NCBI RefSeq assembly: GCF_006345805.1
Contig: NC_043008.1
Span: forward strand, 66,154,001 to 66,218,000
DNA length: 64,000 bases
DNA from: Octopus sinensis
Taxonomy: Eukaryota
Direction of reading: 5' to 3'
The translations under genes and the position numbers were made by a program. The notes beneath the pieces were generated by a model that was not told the origin of the DNA, did no database searches, and saw only the letters and a program-made list of their open reading frames with translations. Position 1 is the stretch's first letter, and every line of letters begins with the position of its first letter. Of the stretch, positions 39,271-51,891 are shown one piece after another.

Positions 39271-39534
39271 GACCTGGTAGAAACAGCAGCCAAATCTCCC
39301 TCAAATCACACCTTACTGTCTGATGTATGTATATATATATGAGCCAATGAGGGGAACCTCTACATGGTAGCTAGACCTGGTAGAAATAGCAGCCAAATTT
39401 CCCCCAAATCACACCTTACTGTCTTATCTATGTATATATGTATGTATGAGCCTATGAGGGAGACCCCTACATGGCAGCTAGACATGGTAGAAATAGCAGC
39501 CAAATCTCCCTCAAATCACACCTTACTGTCTTAT
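39271..39534. repeat. Three tandem ~105-bp copies of a repeat-tail fragment
   Basis: GACCTGGTAGAAATAGCAGCCAAATCTCCC at 39271, 39374 and 39481. Confidence 0.9.
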
Positions 39535-40046
39535 CTTTCTGCTACTTGGATATAGGTCTTATATTCGTCGTAAAAAACTTTCCTGTCACACACTCACGCA
39601 CACGCGCACACACACACACACACACGCACCCTCACACACACACACATACGCGCACACACACACACACTCACACACACGCACGTTAGCTTACAATTTTATT
39701 TATATATTTGCGTGTCTATGTGTGGAAAGAGGAAGTGGGAGGCAGAGTGAAAGAATCACTCACTACAGTAAGTGAATTACTTTCATTTTATTCCTTGCCC
39801 ACTGTGTGTGTGCGTTTGTGTGTGGTGTAAACCAGACTAAGAAAAGCATTTGACACACACACCAGAATGTGAGTTTTCTGTAAATTTTGCTTAATTGGAG
39901 TTTAAATTTTAAAAACTGGACCTGGCATGACGCGATGCATTGTACTCTTAAAAATGCTAGGTAAATTGTAATTGAAGAAATCCTATATTGTAGATTTGTA
40001 TAACTCTCAAAGGGAGGCAGATAAAATCTGCCTTTTATAATAAGAG

Positions 40047-40047
<1 letters not shown>
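39535..40047 (-). mobile_element. Helitron-like family B, second copy
   Basis: A|TCTCTTATTATAAAAGGCAG 5' end; colinear with 37290-38040. Confidence 0.65.
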
Positions 40048-40109
<62 letters not shown>

Positions 40110-40440
40110 TTATATATATATATATATACTTGGAAAAGGATACGTGGCGTTTGATCATATAATAATATAAATAATATATAAATATATGCATATATACATA
40201 CATATATGTACATACCTACATCAATATGTATATATACATGCATATATGGGTACAGGATATCGAAAAAACGTTAAACATAATGAGAAACGAAAACATAAAA
40301 ACAAAAACATGGAAACGAACAATTTTTCAAACAACGAAAAACAGAGTACAAGACATAAAACACAAAGAATATTCCCCTTCTTCAGTTGTCCCTGTCTTGC
40401 TACTTATTATTATTATTAATAATAATATTATTATTACTAT

Positions 40441-40997
40441 TGAGTGAGAGAGCAGTGCATGCTATCAAAGTGACACTGGGGCTTAATATACGAAGCCCAG
40501 TATACCCATCATGACTACCTGTCAGATAAGGGTACACTAGGCACATACATCACAACCATATATGCGCGACATGGTGATCTCATATCAAGATAAACAGCAT
40601 ATGACCTTGCAGGAGGAGCCCAGTTAGAATTTTCTTCTGGTTGAGTAACCCATCCTGCTCAAAAGGTCCCTGAATAAGGGTTGTTTAAGAATGTTGAACG
40701 AAACACCCATGTTTCCAAAGGTGAATTATTCAAACCCCAAAGAGTCCCTCTCAACACATGGCTATGATGCTCCCCCCACTACTTCTGCTCGTAATCAGAG
40801 ATGCACATATCGTCAGCCACTAAGGGACATGCTCAACTGGTTAAGGTCAAACAACTGACAAGCAAATCTGTGGTATTGAGCATAATATTTGCTGTAGCCC
40901 TTCTTTTATACCAAGATAAAACAATGTACATGATAACACTTCCAATCAGTTAAGATCAGAAGCCACGAGAGCCACTGCCTGGTACTGCATCAGGGCG

Positions 40998-40998
<1 letters not shown>
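40441..40998. mobile_element. ~560-bp interspersed repeat inserted in (ATT)n
   Basis: (ATT)n on both flanks; partial copies at 24745-25045 and about 52420-52590. Confidence 0.75.
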
Positions 40999-41032
<34 letters not shown>

Positions 41033-42559
41033 TCTTGTTGTTGTTGTTGTTGTTGTTGTTGTTGCTGCTGCTGTTGTTGCTGCTGCTGTTGTTGTTGTTT
41101 TTGTTGTTGTTGTTGTTAAAAGAGATGTGGTTGGCGTGGCCCACTGGCGGATGCTCTCAAATCACTCATTTATGGAATTAATGAATTTAGGTAAATCAAG
41201 TATGCATCAATATACTGAATAACAAAAACGACACCAACCAACTATTACATGTTAAAAGCACTAAGAAATAGGTTTCATAGGTTAAGACCGATGCGAGATG
41301 ATTCTGCGATGCCTGTAGCTATTCAAATTTTTCAGTCAGACTATCTCAGTTGGGGATATTACAGTTCGTTCTGTTTATACCCTCATCCTTAATTGAAACA
41401 TAAAATTTCACCCTGGACTAAAAGATGAAAAAAGATAAATTCCAAAATTATATCAATTTTCATGTTGTTTCAGTGCATTTCAAGAAATTTGGAAATTCAG
41501 CAAAAATGAGAAAATCATGTTACACTTATATCTTGCCTCATTAATTATATCAGTTTTCAAAGTAGATCATCCTCCCTGGACCAAAACAGCAATAAAAGTA
41601 TTCTAAAAACCTGTTCCATTATTCTATATGTGATACCAAGATATTTCTTCCAATCCACGATTCTCTCTGTGCACTGTGGAAATTTTATGGTGTTTTAAAT
41701 TTCCTTAGATAAAAATTTACGTCTCTCAGGAGAATCATTGCAAGCGATTTTTAAAATATTTCTTTTTCTAAAAAAAGTTATTCAACGGTTTTCTTTTCTG
41801 CTGCCTTAAAAAGCTACATCTCAGAAGGCATCCATTCATGGAGAAAATTTTGGGGAACAATAAAAAATTAGTAAGTGTTAATGATAGTGTTGACAAAAAA
41901 AAATGGTAAAGCATTGCATTGAGTTTCTTCCTTTCATAGTTGATGTTCGAATTCCTCCGAAATCAATTTTCGCTTTCCATCCTCCTCGGATCGAAAATAG
42001 GGCTTTCTGATTTAGGCACAAAGCCAAAAATTTTGGAGGAATTAGTTGATACCATTTACTCCAGTACTTGACTGGTACTATATTTTATCGTCAGCGAATA
42101 GAAGAGAAACAAAAACTGACCCCGGCGCGACTTGAACTCAGAAAGTAAAGGACTGGAATAATTCGACACTTTAACGATTCTGAAAATCCATTACTTTCTA
42201 AGAATCAATAAAACTGGTTTCAAATTTTGGCTCAAAGCAAACGTAAACAGACTTACTATTTAGCTTTACAATACATCGCACATATTTAAAGAACCTTCTT
42301 GGTTTAGTGGTACGGAACATTCTTCTGGTATTTTTTTACGTGTTTCAGTCAGTTGGCGGTGGCTATGCTGGAGCACCGCCCTTTAGTCGAAGAAACCCAC
42401 CCCTGGAGTTATTCCCTGTAAGCCTGGTGCCGATTCTATCACCCTTTTCTGGTGAACAGCTATCAACACCAGCTACTAACATCAGCTGTCAAGCAATAGT
42501 GGTGGGGAAACAGACACTAGCACACATACATAAATAGATATACATGGGAGATACCTTCT

Positions 42560-43320
42560 TCCAGTTTCTTTCCTCCTTCTTAGAAAAGCATAATCAGCGC
42601 AGATCCTTCCAGCCTCACCAGTGTTGCCACTTTCATTCATCCATTTTTTGATGAGCACACTAGAAGGTAGTGCCTCCATTTCAACCCTCAATTCCCTCTT
42701 CAAATATCTGAAGAAATCGATGACAGCTTCGCCAGATAGGAAAGCGTGCATTTTCAAACCTTTCAGACGGATCCACCACACAGCCTCATTTGTCTCTTAG
42801 CAGAAAAAGAGATGCCTCTTTTCACTTCCAAAACAAGGTGATGAATCGATCTTCTCATACATTCAACGACGGACAGCTAGATTCCTCTTACACGAGATAG
42901 TAACTGCTCAAAATAAGCCCATAAGTTTCTAATGTACTGACACTGAACGATTGCATGCAGAACGATTTCCATGTATCTCGGGCAGGTTCGACTGTTACCT
43001 AGAGAGTTTTTCTCGAACAGGCATATTTTACAGTATTGCCTTACTTAGTCGCTAAATCTCCTTCAAAATATCTATCTTGATCTCAGATATACAATGTCGA
43101 AACCAGTATGGGACAGTCATGGCTAGAACGGCCCGAAAGTCCTCCGGAAGAGACCTCTCAGATTTTTTTAATACTTTTCGCTTGTCGGTTGTGGTATCGA
43201 TTCATATATTGTAAATATGGTGTAAAATCTATCTTGTAGTGTACTTCTCTAACAAGATACGTTTGATATCAATTCATATGTTATAATGAGCAATGGGATC
43301 TCTGTAATCGACAAGCACCG
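42560..43320 (-). mobile_element. L1/Tx1-type LINE ORF2 3' fragment
   Basis: CPR...EIVLHAIVQC..IRNLW knuckle-like segment and WIRLKGL..F.SG..VIDFF..LKR. Confidence 0.65.
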
Positions 43321-43517
43321 TCTCACAAAATTTCGGGCCTTGTGCCTACAGTAGAATGGATTATTATTATTGTTGCTGTTGTTGTAGTTGTAGTTGTTGT
43401 CTTCTTCTTCTCTTCTTCTTCTTCTCTTCTTCTCTTCTTCTTCTTCTTCTTCTTCTTCTTCTTCTTCTTCTTCTTCTTCCGATCAGGACTCACGCCATTA
43501 GCCACAAAGAATAATCT

Positions 43518-43959
43518 CTAATTCGAGCCTACTCTAAGCTACTAAGAATGTGTGTGACAACTTGAAGATCCACCCACCACACGCGATAGACTGACGGTTG
43601 CACGGGCGCGAAAGGTACGTTGTTATCCTCATTCCGTAAACAGTGGCTTTTAACGGGTGGAGAGTTGAACCATCCTGGGGTACAGAGGATTCGCAATCTA
43701 GACTAGGGTCTGAAAGTTTTACCACACCATAGTGGCTTACACCATGGTTCCTCTGCTTTGTGGAAGAAGTAGGAGGAAAGAGTGAGAGAAAGTTGTGGTG
43801 AAAGAGTACAGCGGGGTTCACCACCCACCCCCCGCCGGAGCCTCGTGGAGCTTAGGTGTTTTTGCTCAATAAACTCTCACAATGCCCGGTCTGGAAATCG
43901 AAATCGCGTTCTTACGACCGCGAGTCCGCTGCCCTAACCACTGGGCCATTGCGCCTCCA
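43518..43959 (-). mobile_element. SINE family B, tail type 3
   Basis: Family B head and domain followed by an unrelated ~230-bp tail. Confidence 0.8.
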
Positions 43960-43961
43960 GT

Positions 43962-44380
43962 TGTTGTTGTTGTTGTTGTTTAACACAGCACTTTCCCTGA
44001 TTTCAGCAGTGTCAGCGGCCCACAACATTCTTCATTCGTATTTCCATAACTTTGCGGAGGGTTCGTGCGGTTCCAAGAAACAGCTATTTTCTGTAGGTGG
44101 TCTCTCTTCACATTTACTCCTATCTTTTCGATCCAATTTGTAAGCTTCATACATATATTTGGCAGAGTTCCAACAACGACGGTCTTTTTATCTCTCACTT
44201 CAATTCATCGCATCTGACCTGCTTCTCTCCTTCTCTTTCCCATAACTTGTCATCACCTGGGCATGCATTATCTATGTTTAAACAGATTCTTCCTCTTTAT
44301 TCACAATCACTATATCCGGCGTTTGATCTTCAGTTTCATGATCACATTGGATCATTACATCTCACCGTATCTTTACCTTG
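43962..44380 (-). mobile_element. R4/Dong-like LINE 3' end (RLE domain) with (AAC)n tail
   Basis: DVMIQCDH..PDIVIV..IDNACPGD..EK; VVVGTL; LQK..LGTARTLRKV. Confidence 0.8.
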
Positions 44381-44528
44381 AAGTGCGATTTTCATCAACA
44401 TGAAAAACTACAGCAGAAACGCATTTGGGTTTTTTTTTATGTAATCTGGTGAAAATTTGAAAAAGTTTGAGTATTTGGAAGAGATTTAACATGATCCTGT
44501 TTTTTATCAATTCAGCTTTACGTTTGAA

Positions 44529-44830
44529 TTGTGGAGGGGCAATGGCCCAGTGGTAAGGGCATCGGACTCGCTGTCGGAGGATCGCGGTTTCGATTCCCAG
44601 ACCGGGCTTTGTTTGTGTTTATTGAGCGAAACACCTAAAAGCTCCACGAGGCTCGGGCAGAGGGTGGTGGCGACCCTTGTTGTACTCTTTCTCCACAACT
44701 TTCTCTCACCCACAAGGCTTTGGTTGGCCTGAGAGTTTAATAGAAGACGCTTGCCCAAGGTACCACCCACTTGGACTGAACCCAGAACCATATAGTTGGA
44801 AAGCAAGCTTCTTGTTACGGAGCTACGCCT
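44529..44830. mobile_element. Truncated family B SINE (+, 44529-44708) abutting a family A head (-, 44709-44830)
   Basis: Direct junction of two SINE fragments. Confidence 0.8.
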
Positions 44831-45002
44831 GTTCGTGCGTGTGTGTGTGTGTGCGTGTGTATCTATGTATGCATATACCTGTGTATGTATGTATCTATGT
44901 ATATATGTACCTGTGTATGTATCTATGTATATATGACCCGTACAAAATTCGTCTCTATATCCCAGTGTATATCAGAGCTTTTCATTATGGCTATACCAAC
45001 GA

Positions 45003-45182
45003 CACTAGCGTAGCTAGAGTGTGAGCTGCCCGGGGCGGCCCTTCCATCTGCCGCCCCCGGACCCCACAAACAACACATATCTACAGCAATTGCCTACAAC
45101 ATGATGAAAAGTGCCATCCCATTAAAAGTTCCGCCCGGAGTGGAGCGCCCCTACCGGCCCCACCCCACTAGCTAAGCTAGTG
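45003..45182. mobile_element. hAT-type MITE, 180 bp
   Basis: 15-bp TIR CACTAGCGTAGCTAG (1 mismatch); 8-bp TSD ACCAACGA/ACCAATGA. Confidence 0.85.
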
Positions 45183-45336
45183 ACCAATGATACACATAGG
45201 TTATGTTGAACAGATAAAGACTTTATTCTAGAGCTGATTCTATTTCGAATTTTATTCAGCCTCATTTGAGACACCACAGTCTGCGGCTCCTTTGCTCCCT
45301 CCCATAACACAGATATTGCAATTAATGGAAAGGTCA

Positions 45337-45593
45337 TTGATTCCCGTGGCCGAACTCAAAAATACCTGAAGTATCGGGATCTGACGGTGAACTATCTCTT
45401 CAAGCCTGTGGCGTTTGAGACATTCGGAGGGACTGGGTCACTAACAGCGAAGTTCTTGTCAACGTTGACAGCTCACCCCACCGACATGTCAGGTGATGCC
45501 CGTGAGGGCGCTTGGCTCTCCAAACATCTTAGCCTCGCCATCGCCCGTGGTAATGCTGCGAGTGTGCTGGCTTGCTTCAGTAGGTTCCGTTAA
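45337..45593 (+). mobile_element. CRE-clade non-LTR retrotransposon C-terminal fragment
   Basis: KY...Y.FKPVAFETFG..GDAREG.WL...LSLAIARGNAASVL. Confidence 0.8.
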
Positions 45594-45638
45594 ACAATGT
45601 GGTGTGCAACCAGTTGCTGTGATAAAATGAAATTCCCC

Positions 45639-46075
45639 TAGGAGTGGCTGTGTGGTAAGTAGCTTGTTTACGAACCACATGGTTCCGTGTTCAGTCCCAT
45701 TGCATGGCACCTTGGGCAAGTGTCTTCTACTATAGCCTCCGACCGACCAAAGCCTTGTAAGTGGATTTGGTAGACGGAAACTGAAAGAAGCCCGTCGTAT
45801 ATATGTATATATATATATGTGTGTGTGTGTATGTGTGTGTGTGTGTGTGTGTGTGTATTTGAGTGTGTATATGTTTGTGTGTCTGTGTTCGTCACCCCAA
45901 CATCGCTTGACAACCGATGCTGGTGTGTTTACGTCCCCGTAAATTAGCGGTTCGGCAAAACAGACTGATAGAATAAGTACTAGGCTTACAAAGAATAAGT
46001 CTCGGGGTCGATTTGCTCGACTAAAGGCGGTGCTCCAGCATGACCGCAGTCAAAAACTGAAACAAGTAAAAGAGT
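45639..46075 (+). mobile_element. SINE family A
   Basis: Full-length match. Confidence 0.9.
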
Positions 46076-46339
46076 ATGCGCTTTTAAGAGAGATTTGAAA
46101 GAAATAGAACAAAGTTTTATCGGGAATTTTCTTTCATGTAAATAAATGTTAATTTAGGAATTTGCCAGCAAAATCTTATAAAATGACTATGTTGTACGTG
46201 TTGTACATATTTACATGTTTATATAAACATGTACAAGTTGTACATGTCTATATGTTATATAGGAAAATAAATATTTTTGTTTATTCAGCCTTAACAACGT
46301 CGTTGCAAACTAATGTATTATTTATACACTATCTCTATA

Positions 46340-46790
46340 TACAGGGTCTCTATAAAGATTGTGTGCAATTTAAAATACCAAAAATTTAAAAAGCTCGATG
46401 TGTCTAGTTTTTTTCTTGACATCGAAAATTTATTTATTATTTGTCTTGCCTATTATTTTTTATATATTTTCTGAAGCTTCAAAACTTTTTTTTTTTTTTG
46501 GCAGAATTGCTATTGATCCATTGCTTCACAGGCAGAGAAGGTAAATTGCGTTCTTTGGTTGGCTGAACTGAATTCGCTGTCCGAAGAAGGTTGCACCATA
46601 TAGTGGAAAGTAATGTTTATTTATCTAAACATCGATCTTTAGGGGACTTGTAATTTAGGATAAGTGGTGTGGCGGATGGTGTTACTGAAAACCAGCTGCA
46701 AAATGCTTTCCGAGAACTACAGAGTCGTATTACCGTTTATATAAGTAATGATGGTTGACATGTTGAAATTTAAGTCCCAATAATAAATTT
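46340..46790 (+). mobile_element. Possible Tc1/mariner deletion derivative
   Basis: TA|CAGGGT start; QLQNAFRELQSRI...NDG*HVE C-terminal-like motif. Confidence 0.45.
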
Positions 46791-46795
46791 AAATG

Positions 46796-47015
46796 TGGAG
46801 GCGAGTGGCTTATCGTAAGATTGTGATTTCGATTCCTGGACCGGGCAACGCGTTGTGTTCTTGAGTAAAACATTTCATTTCACGTTGATCCAGTCCACTC
46901 AGCTGGCAAAAATGAGTAACGCTGCGATGGACTGGCGTCCCGTCCAGCTGGGGAACACTTACGCCATAGAAACCGGGAAACCGGGTCCATGAGCCTTTGT
47001 TAGGCTTTAAAAGGG
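46796..47015 (+). mobile_element. Chimeric SINE: family C head/CORE with type 1 tail
   Basis: GTGTTCTTGAGTAAAACA followed by GCGATGGACTGGCGTCCCGTCC...AGAAACCGGGAAACCGGG. Confidence 0.75.
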
Positions 47016-47725
47016 TGCAAAGAAAAAAAAGAATAAATTTAAATACCTGTTCTTTCTTATCCATTTTTCAGATTAGATCTATCATGTATAGTTACAAAGC
47101 TACAAGTGTTTTAAATTACACACGGACCTTATAGACACCCTGTACTTCAGACTGGCCGATTCGACCATGTTTCTAAAGTGACTACAGAACGTGACATTGA
47201 CGAGTCGCAAATACCCCAAAATGTGCATCAATTGCTATCGCGGTCACTTCGGGATAATTTCGTTTCGCCTAGCTCTGGTCTATGAAGGGATTTTTTTTCG
47301 GACGAAAAGTGCAGCTTGTGGCTTTTCACCGATACATATAAGCATATCGTATAGATATTTTACTCTTGAGCGGCTTCTATAGAAAATTTCGAAAATAAAT
47401 CATCATTGTACATAAATGACAACTAAGATTTATTAAACTGAGTTAAATACCGTTTTATGTGCATATTTTCTAGACATAAAAACGGCAAACCTTAGATTTT
47501 TGTAGACATTTGGAGAATCGACACGGGTAATGTAAATAATACTTTATGAGCCAATGAGGAAACCTGTGATTATTAAAACTGACTAAACTGACTTAATTAT
47601 TGTTTTATACTGTTTCATAAGCGATAAAACACCATACGGATCTTTTTCATTTTCTTCCAACCACCTGAAAATTTTTAAAGTCACGATTGATTCTCCCCAT
47701 TCACACACATACATACACACACAGA

Positions 47726-48273
47726 GATATAGTTTTACATGCTGATGACGAAAATTACTTTCATATCTTCACAACCATCGAAGTGCAAAGCGCTCCTCAC
47801 GAAAGCAGTTCGTGAGATGGCTGCGATCTGTAAATAGTTTTCAGTAAGAACCGGAAAAAGAAGAATGAATACGCAATGCCCGTGTGTACACTGAATTCGT
47901 AAAACGGAAGAGAAGAATAAAAAACGCAATGTCAAACAAGTTATATGACGATCTGCATGCGACGTCTGACACCACTATCACGTAGCTAAGCTGCAATTTC
48001 CTTTATATTTTTCCTATATATTTTTTAGCCAATAAAATTAGTCCAGTGTCCTCACAAGCGGAGTTCTTTACAAAACATACTCGGCGCCAACAGAATTTTA
48101 TTAACGAAGCGGAGTTGGCATGACAACAAATAATTTTCGACTTCCGCTGTGAGGACAGTGACTTAAAATTCATTGGCTAAAAGTATGTAACTATAAATGC
48201 TTTCAACTTCTTTATATATATATTTTCCAAAATAATATCTCTGGTATTCGTCATCAGCATGTAAAAATATATC
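47726..48273. mobile_element. TIR-bounded MITE of unknown superfamily with a second internal inverted repeat
   Basis: 27-bp TIR GATATAGTTTTACATGCTGATGACGAA (1 mismatch); inner arms about 48022-48064 and 48139-48182. Confidence 0.7.
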
Positions 48274-48446
48274 AAAAGTAGATGCTTGGAAATTTTCAGA
48301 TTAAGATTTGTGGTTGGAAGAAAACGAAATTTTTTGAAGACATTTTCGTTGAGTTCAGTATGTTGTTTTTATGAGCTCGCTTCCGTTTTGTACCGGAAGT
48401 CATTGTTATCTTACAGATTCAATAACTTTACCGCAAGTAGGTGCGA

Positions 48447-48689
48447 CGTGGTGGTGTCAAAAGGTTCCCGGATTAGTTATACTCTTTTATTTGTTTCAGC
48501 CATTTGACTGCGGCCATGCTGGAGCACCGCCTTTAGTCGAGTAAATCGCCCCCAGGACTTATTCTTTGTAAGCCTAGTACTTATTCTATCGGCCTCTTTT
48601 GCCGAAACTGCTAAATTACGGGGACGTAAACACGCCAGCATCGGTTGTCAAGCGATCTTGGGGCGGGGGGAACAAACACAGACACACAA

Positions 48690-48729
<40 letters not shown>

Positions 48730-49735
48730 GACGGGCTTCTTTCAGTTTCCGTCTACCAAATCCACTCACAAGGCTTTAGTCGGCCCAAGGCTATAGTAGA
48801 AGACACTTGCCCAAGGTGCCACGCAGTGGGACTGAACCCGGAACCATGTGGTTGGTAAGCAAGCTACTTACCACACAGCCACTCCTGCGCCTATGTTTAA
48901 TAAAAAAAAAATAACTTATTTACCTAAATATTAATATCTCCTTCGAAATATTCACCAATACAGCGGTCCCAGTAAGTCGTTTTCCATAAGCGAGTCGAGG
49001 ACTTTCTGCGATTCGCTCGGGATCTCGAAAACGGTGTTAAAACGGTGACTTTTCAACTGCTTCTTCATCTTGGTGAAGAGATGGAAGTCCGCGGGTGCTA
49101 AATCTGGCGAATAGGGCGGGTGCAGATGCAATACAATGCTGCTTTTGGTGAGAAACTCACGAGTGAGGAGGGTTCGGTGAAGAATCCAATTCTTCGCGCT
49201 CTACAGATCCAGTTACTTTCGCCGAATGTCCTCCCTCAAGCGCTTCAAAACGTCGCAGAACTCTCGATTAACGGTCTGGCCCTGGGGGGTGAATATCACA
49301 TTTCCAGGGGGTGACGCTTGTGGGAAGTATTCCAATTCGCTCATCGTCTTCCAAGGACATTTTCCCGCTTTTGAAGTGCCTGTACCACTCGAAACACTGC
49401 GTGCGACCCATTACCTAGTCGCCGTAAACTTGCCGAAGCATGCTCAATGTCACTGTAGCAGACTTCCCAAGTTAAAACAAAAATTTCACGCTGGTTATTT
49501 GTCCTTGTCCATGACAAAATCGCAGACTACAGCATACACGTGATCTGAAAAACACAAATAGCGACCCTTCTCATCCTTGATCCTACGGCACATCAAGGGT
49601 CCGACATGCAGATGAGATCCATCAGCACTCGACTATTCCAGTTTACAACTGAATATAATGGAATAGCGAGAAGCGCAGCGCTTTGCTATATAAGTCGCTA
49701 TGCATTGCTCAGTCCAGGAATTGAATTCCCCACGA
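48447..49735 (-). mobile_element. Internally deleted mariner, interrupted by a family A SINE
   Basis: VKFCFNLGKSAT..MLRQVYGD..MGRTQCFEWY; PPYSPDLAPADFHLF. Confidence 0.8.
48481..48890 (-). mobile_element. SINE family A, young copy
   Basis: Near-consensus full-length. Confidence 0.92.
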
Positions 49736-50097
49736 CATTACGACAGTGAGTCGACCACTGTAACTACTAAAGCTACGCGTATCACTCCCTTTATTCTTAA
49801 TCATCTGAACTCAATTTTATCAAGTTTTTAAAATAGGAAATCAACGAGAAGAAATCAGCAGGAGGTTTCTTTTTGTTTTTCTTTTCTTTTTGCTTCTTGT
49901 TGTTCTTTTTCGCTAAATATAGCGACACCTGGTGGTAGCTGCTATAATTGAATGTTTTACATGGACGCTTTATTTTCCCTTCAGCTGATAAAATGTTGAC
50001 GAATAATGAATTCAGTCACTCTCTCTCTCACACACACACACACACTCTCTCTCGCTCTTTCTCCCTCTCCTTCTCTCTCTCCTTATGTATACGTATA

Positions 50098-50143
<46 letters not shown>

Positions 50144-50156
50144 ATAAATGTATATG

Positions 50157-50191
<35 letters not shown>

Positions 50192-50224
50192 GTATATATA
50201 TATGTATATATATATATATATATA

Positions 50225-50264
<40 letters not shown>

Positions 50265-50698
50265 GTATATGTATATATATATATGTATATATATATATAC
50301 ACACACACACATATGCATAAACATAGACACACATAATCATGTGTGTATGTATGCATATATAAGCGTATATATGTATTATATATACGCAAAAACATACACA
50401 CACACATACTGTCTATCTCTCACACACACTCACACACACACACACACTTATTAACCTTATCACAATCAGCACCTAAAGCCACCTAAACCAACACCACCAC
50501 CTCCGCCACCACCCTCACCATCTGTTACAATGTTGCTGTTTAGCCCTAAGATTAGTGCTTATCGGATAGAGCAGGGGTTCTCAACCATTTTTTTATCTAT
50601 GGACCCCTTTTGATTATTATTTTATTCTGATGGACCCACCCCCACCCTTTTAGCCATTCGATGTTTAGAAACGTCTTTTTAAAATTCCTATTTTTTCC

Positions 50699-51062
50699 TT
50701 AGTGGCTGTGTAGTAAGTAGCTTGCTTATCAACCACATGGTTCCGGGTTCAGTCCCACTGCGTGGCATCTTGGGCAAGTGTCTTCTGCTATAGCCTCGGG
50801 CCGACCAATGCCTTGTGAGTGGATTTGGTAGACGGAAACTGAAAGAAGCCTGTCGTATATATGTATGTATATATATGTCCTCCTAGCATTGCTTGACAAC
50901 CGATGCTGGTGTGTTTATGTCCCCGTCACTTAGCGGTTCGGCAAAAAGAGATCGATAGAATAAGTACTGGGCTTACAAAGAATAAGTCCCGGGGTCGAGT
51001 TGCTCGATTAAAGGCGGTGCTCCAGCATGGCCGCAGTCAAATGACTAAAACAAGTAAACGAG
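50699..51062 (+). mobile_element. SINE family A nested in the hAT element
   Basis: Consensus match. Confidence 0.9.
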
Positions 51063-51326
51063 AAATAAACGAGAAACGAGTGTGTTCGTTCAACCATGTA
51101 AAACATTAGAGAAAGACACCTAGCAATTTCTTACAACACATACCAATACATACATCCAGCGCTGGATTGACCAATTAAGCAAAATAAGCCCGTGCTTGGG
51201 ACATCAAGAGACGGGGGTACCACAGAAATGAAAATAGTTTACGGCACGAAAAAAATCACTTTAAACTTGCTATAATAATATTCTTATCTCTACTAAGTAT
51301 AGAAGCCGAAGTTTTACGTAAAATTA

Positions 51327-51891
51327 TTGGGTTGTCCGGAAAGTTCGTGCCGATTTATAGTAGCTTACCTTTCGACTTATTTTACAACATGGTTGAGTCC
51401 ATAAAATAGGATTTGACTACACCTCCATTAAGAGCACAGCTTAAGCTATATTTTCGTGGAAGAAGGTTTATGTTCCCATAACCTGTGTTAATTTTGTAAC
51501 CCTTTAAAATGGAAGATGAGAAAGTTCATTTTCGGCACTTAATGCTTTGGAAACCAGACAAAAATTGCTGCAGCTCGGCTGGGATGTGTTACCCCAAACT
51601 CCATATTCACCAGATATTGCTCCTTCGGATTTCCACTTATTCAGGTCTCTGCAGAATAGTCTTAATTGTAAAACTTTCAATTCCTTGGATGACGTAAAAA
51701 GATACCTTGATGAATTCTTTGCCATGAAATCACCTCAATTCTGGGAAGAGGATATTTTCAAGTTAAAAGAAAGATGGAGACGCATTCTGCAACAAAATGG
51801 TTCATATTTGGTTGGTTAAAAATGTAATGGCAAGTATTTATTGATCTTTTTCTTTCCTTTAAAAATCGCCACGAACTTCCGGACAACCCAA
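51327..51891 (+). mobile_element. Internally deleted copy (565 bp) of the mariner at 11735-13007
   Basis: Both TIRs and TA TSD; junction AATGCTTT|GGAAACC with CTTT microhomology. Confidence 0.95.

Noticed and set aside
41200-41950. Possible piggyBac-like remnant
   Set aside because: Only vague Cys-motif similarity; no TTAA-bounded TIRs identified.
47742-47756. CTGATGACGAAA hammerhead-like string
   Set aside because: No stem II between the core halves; part of a MITE TIR.
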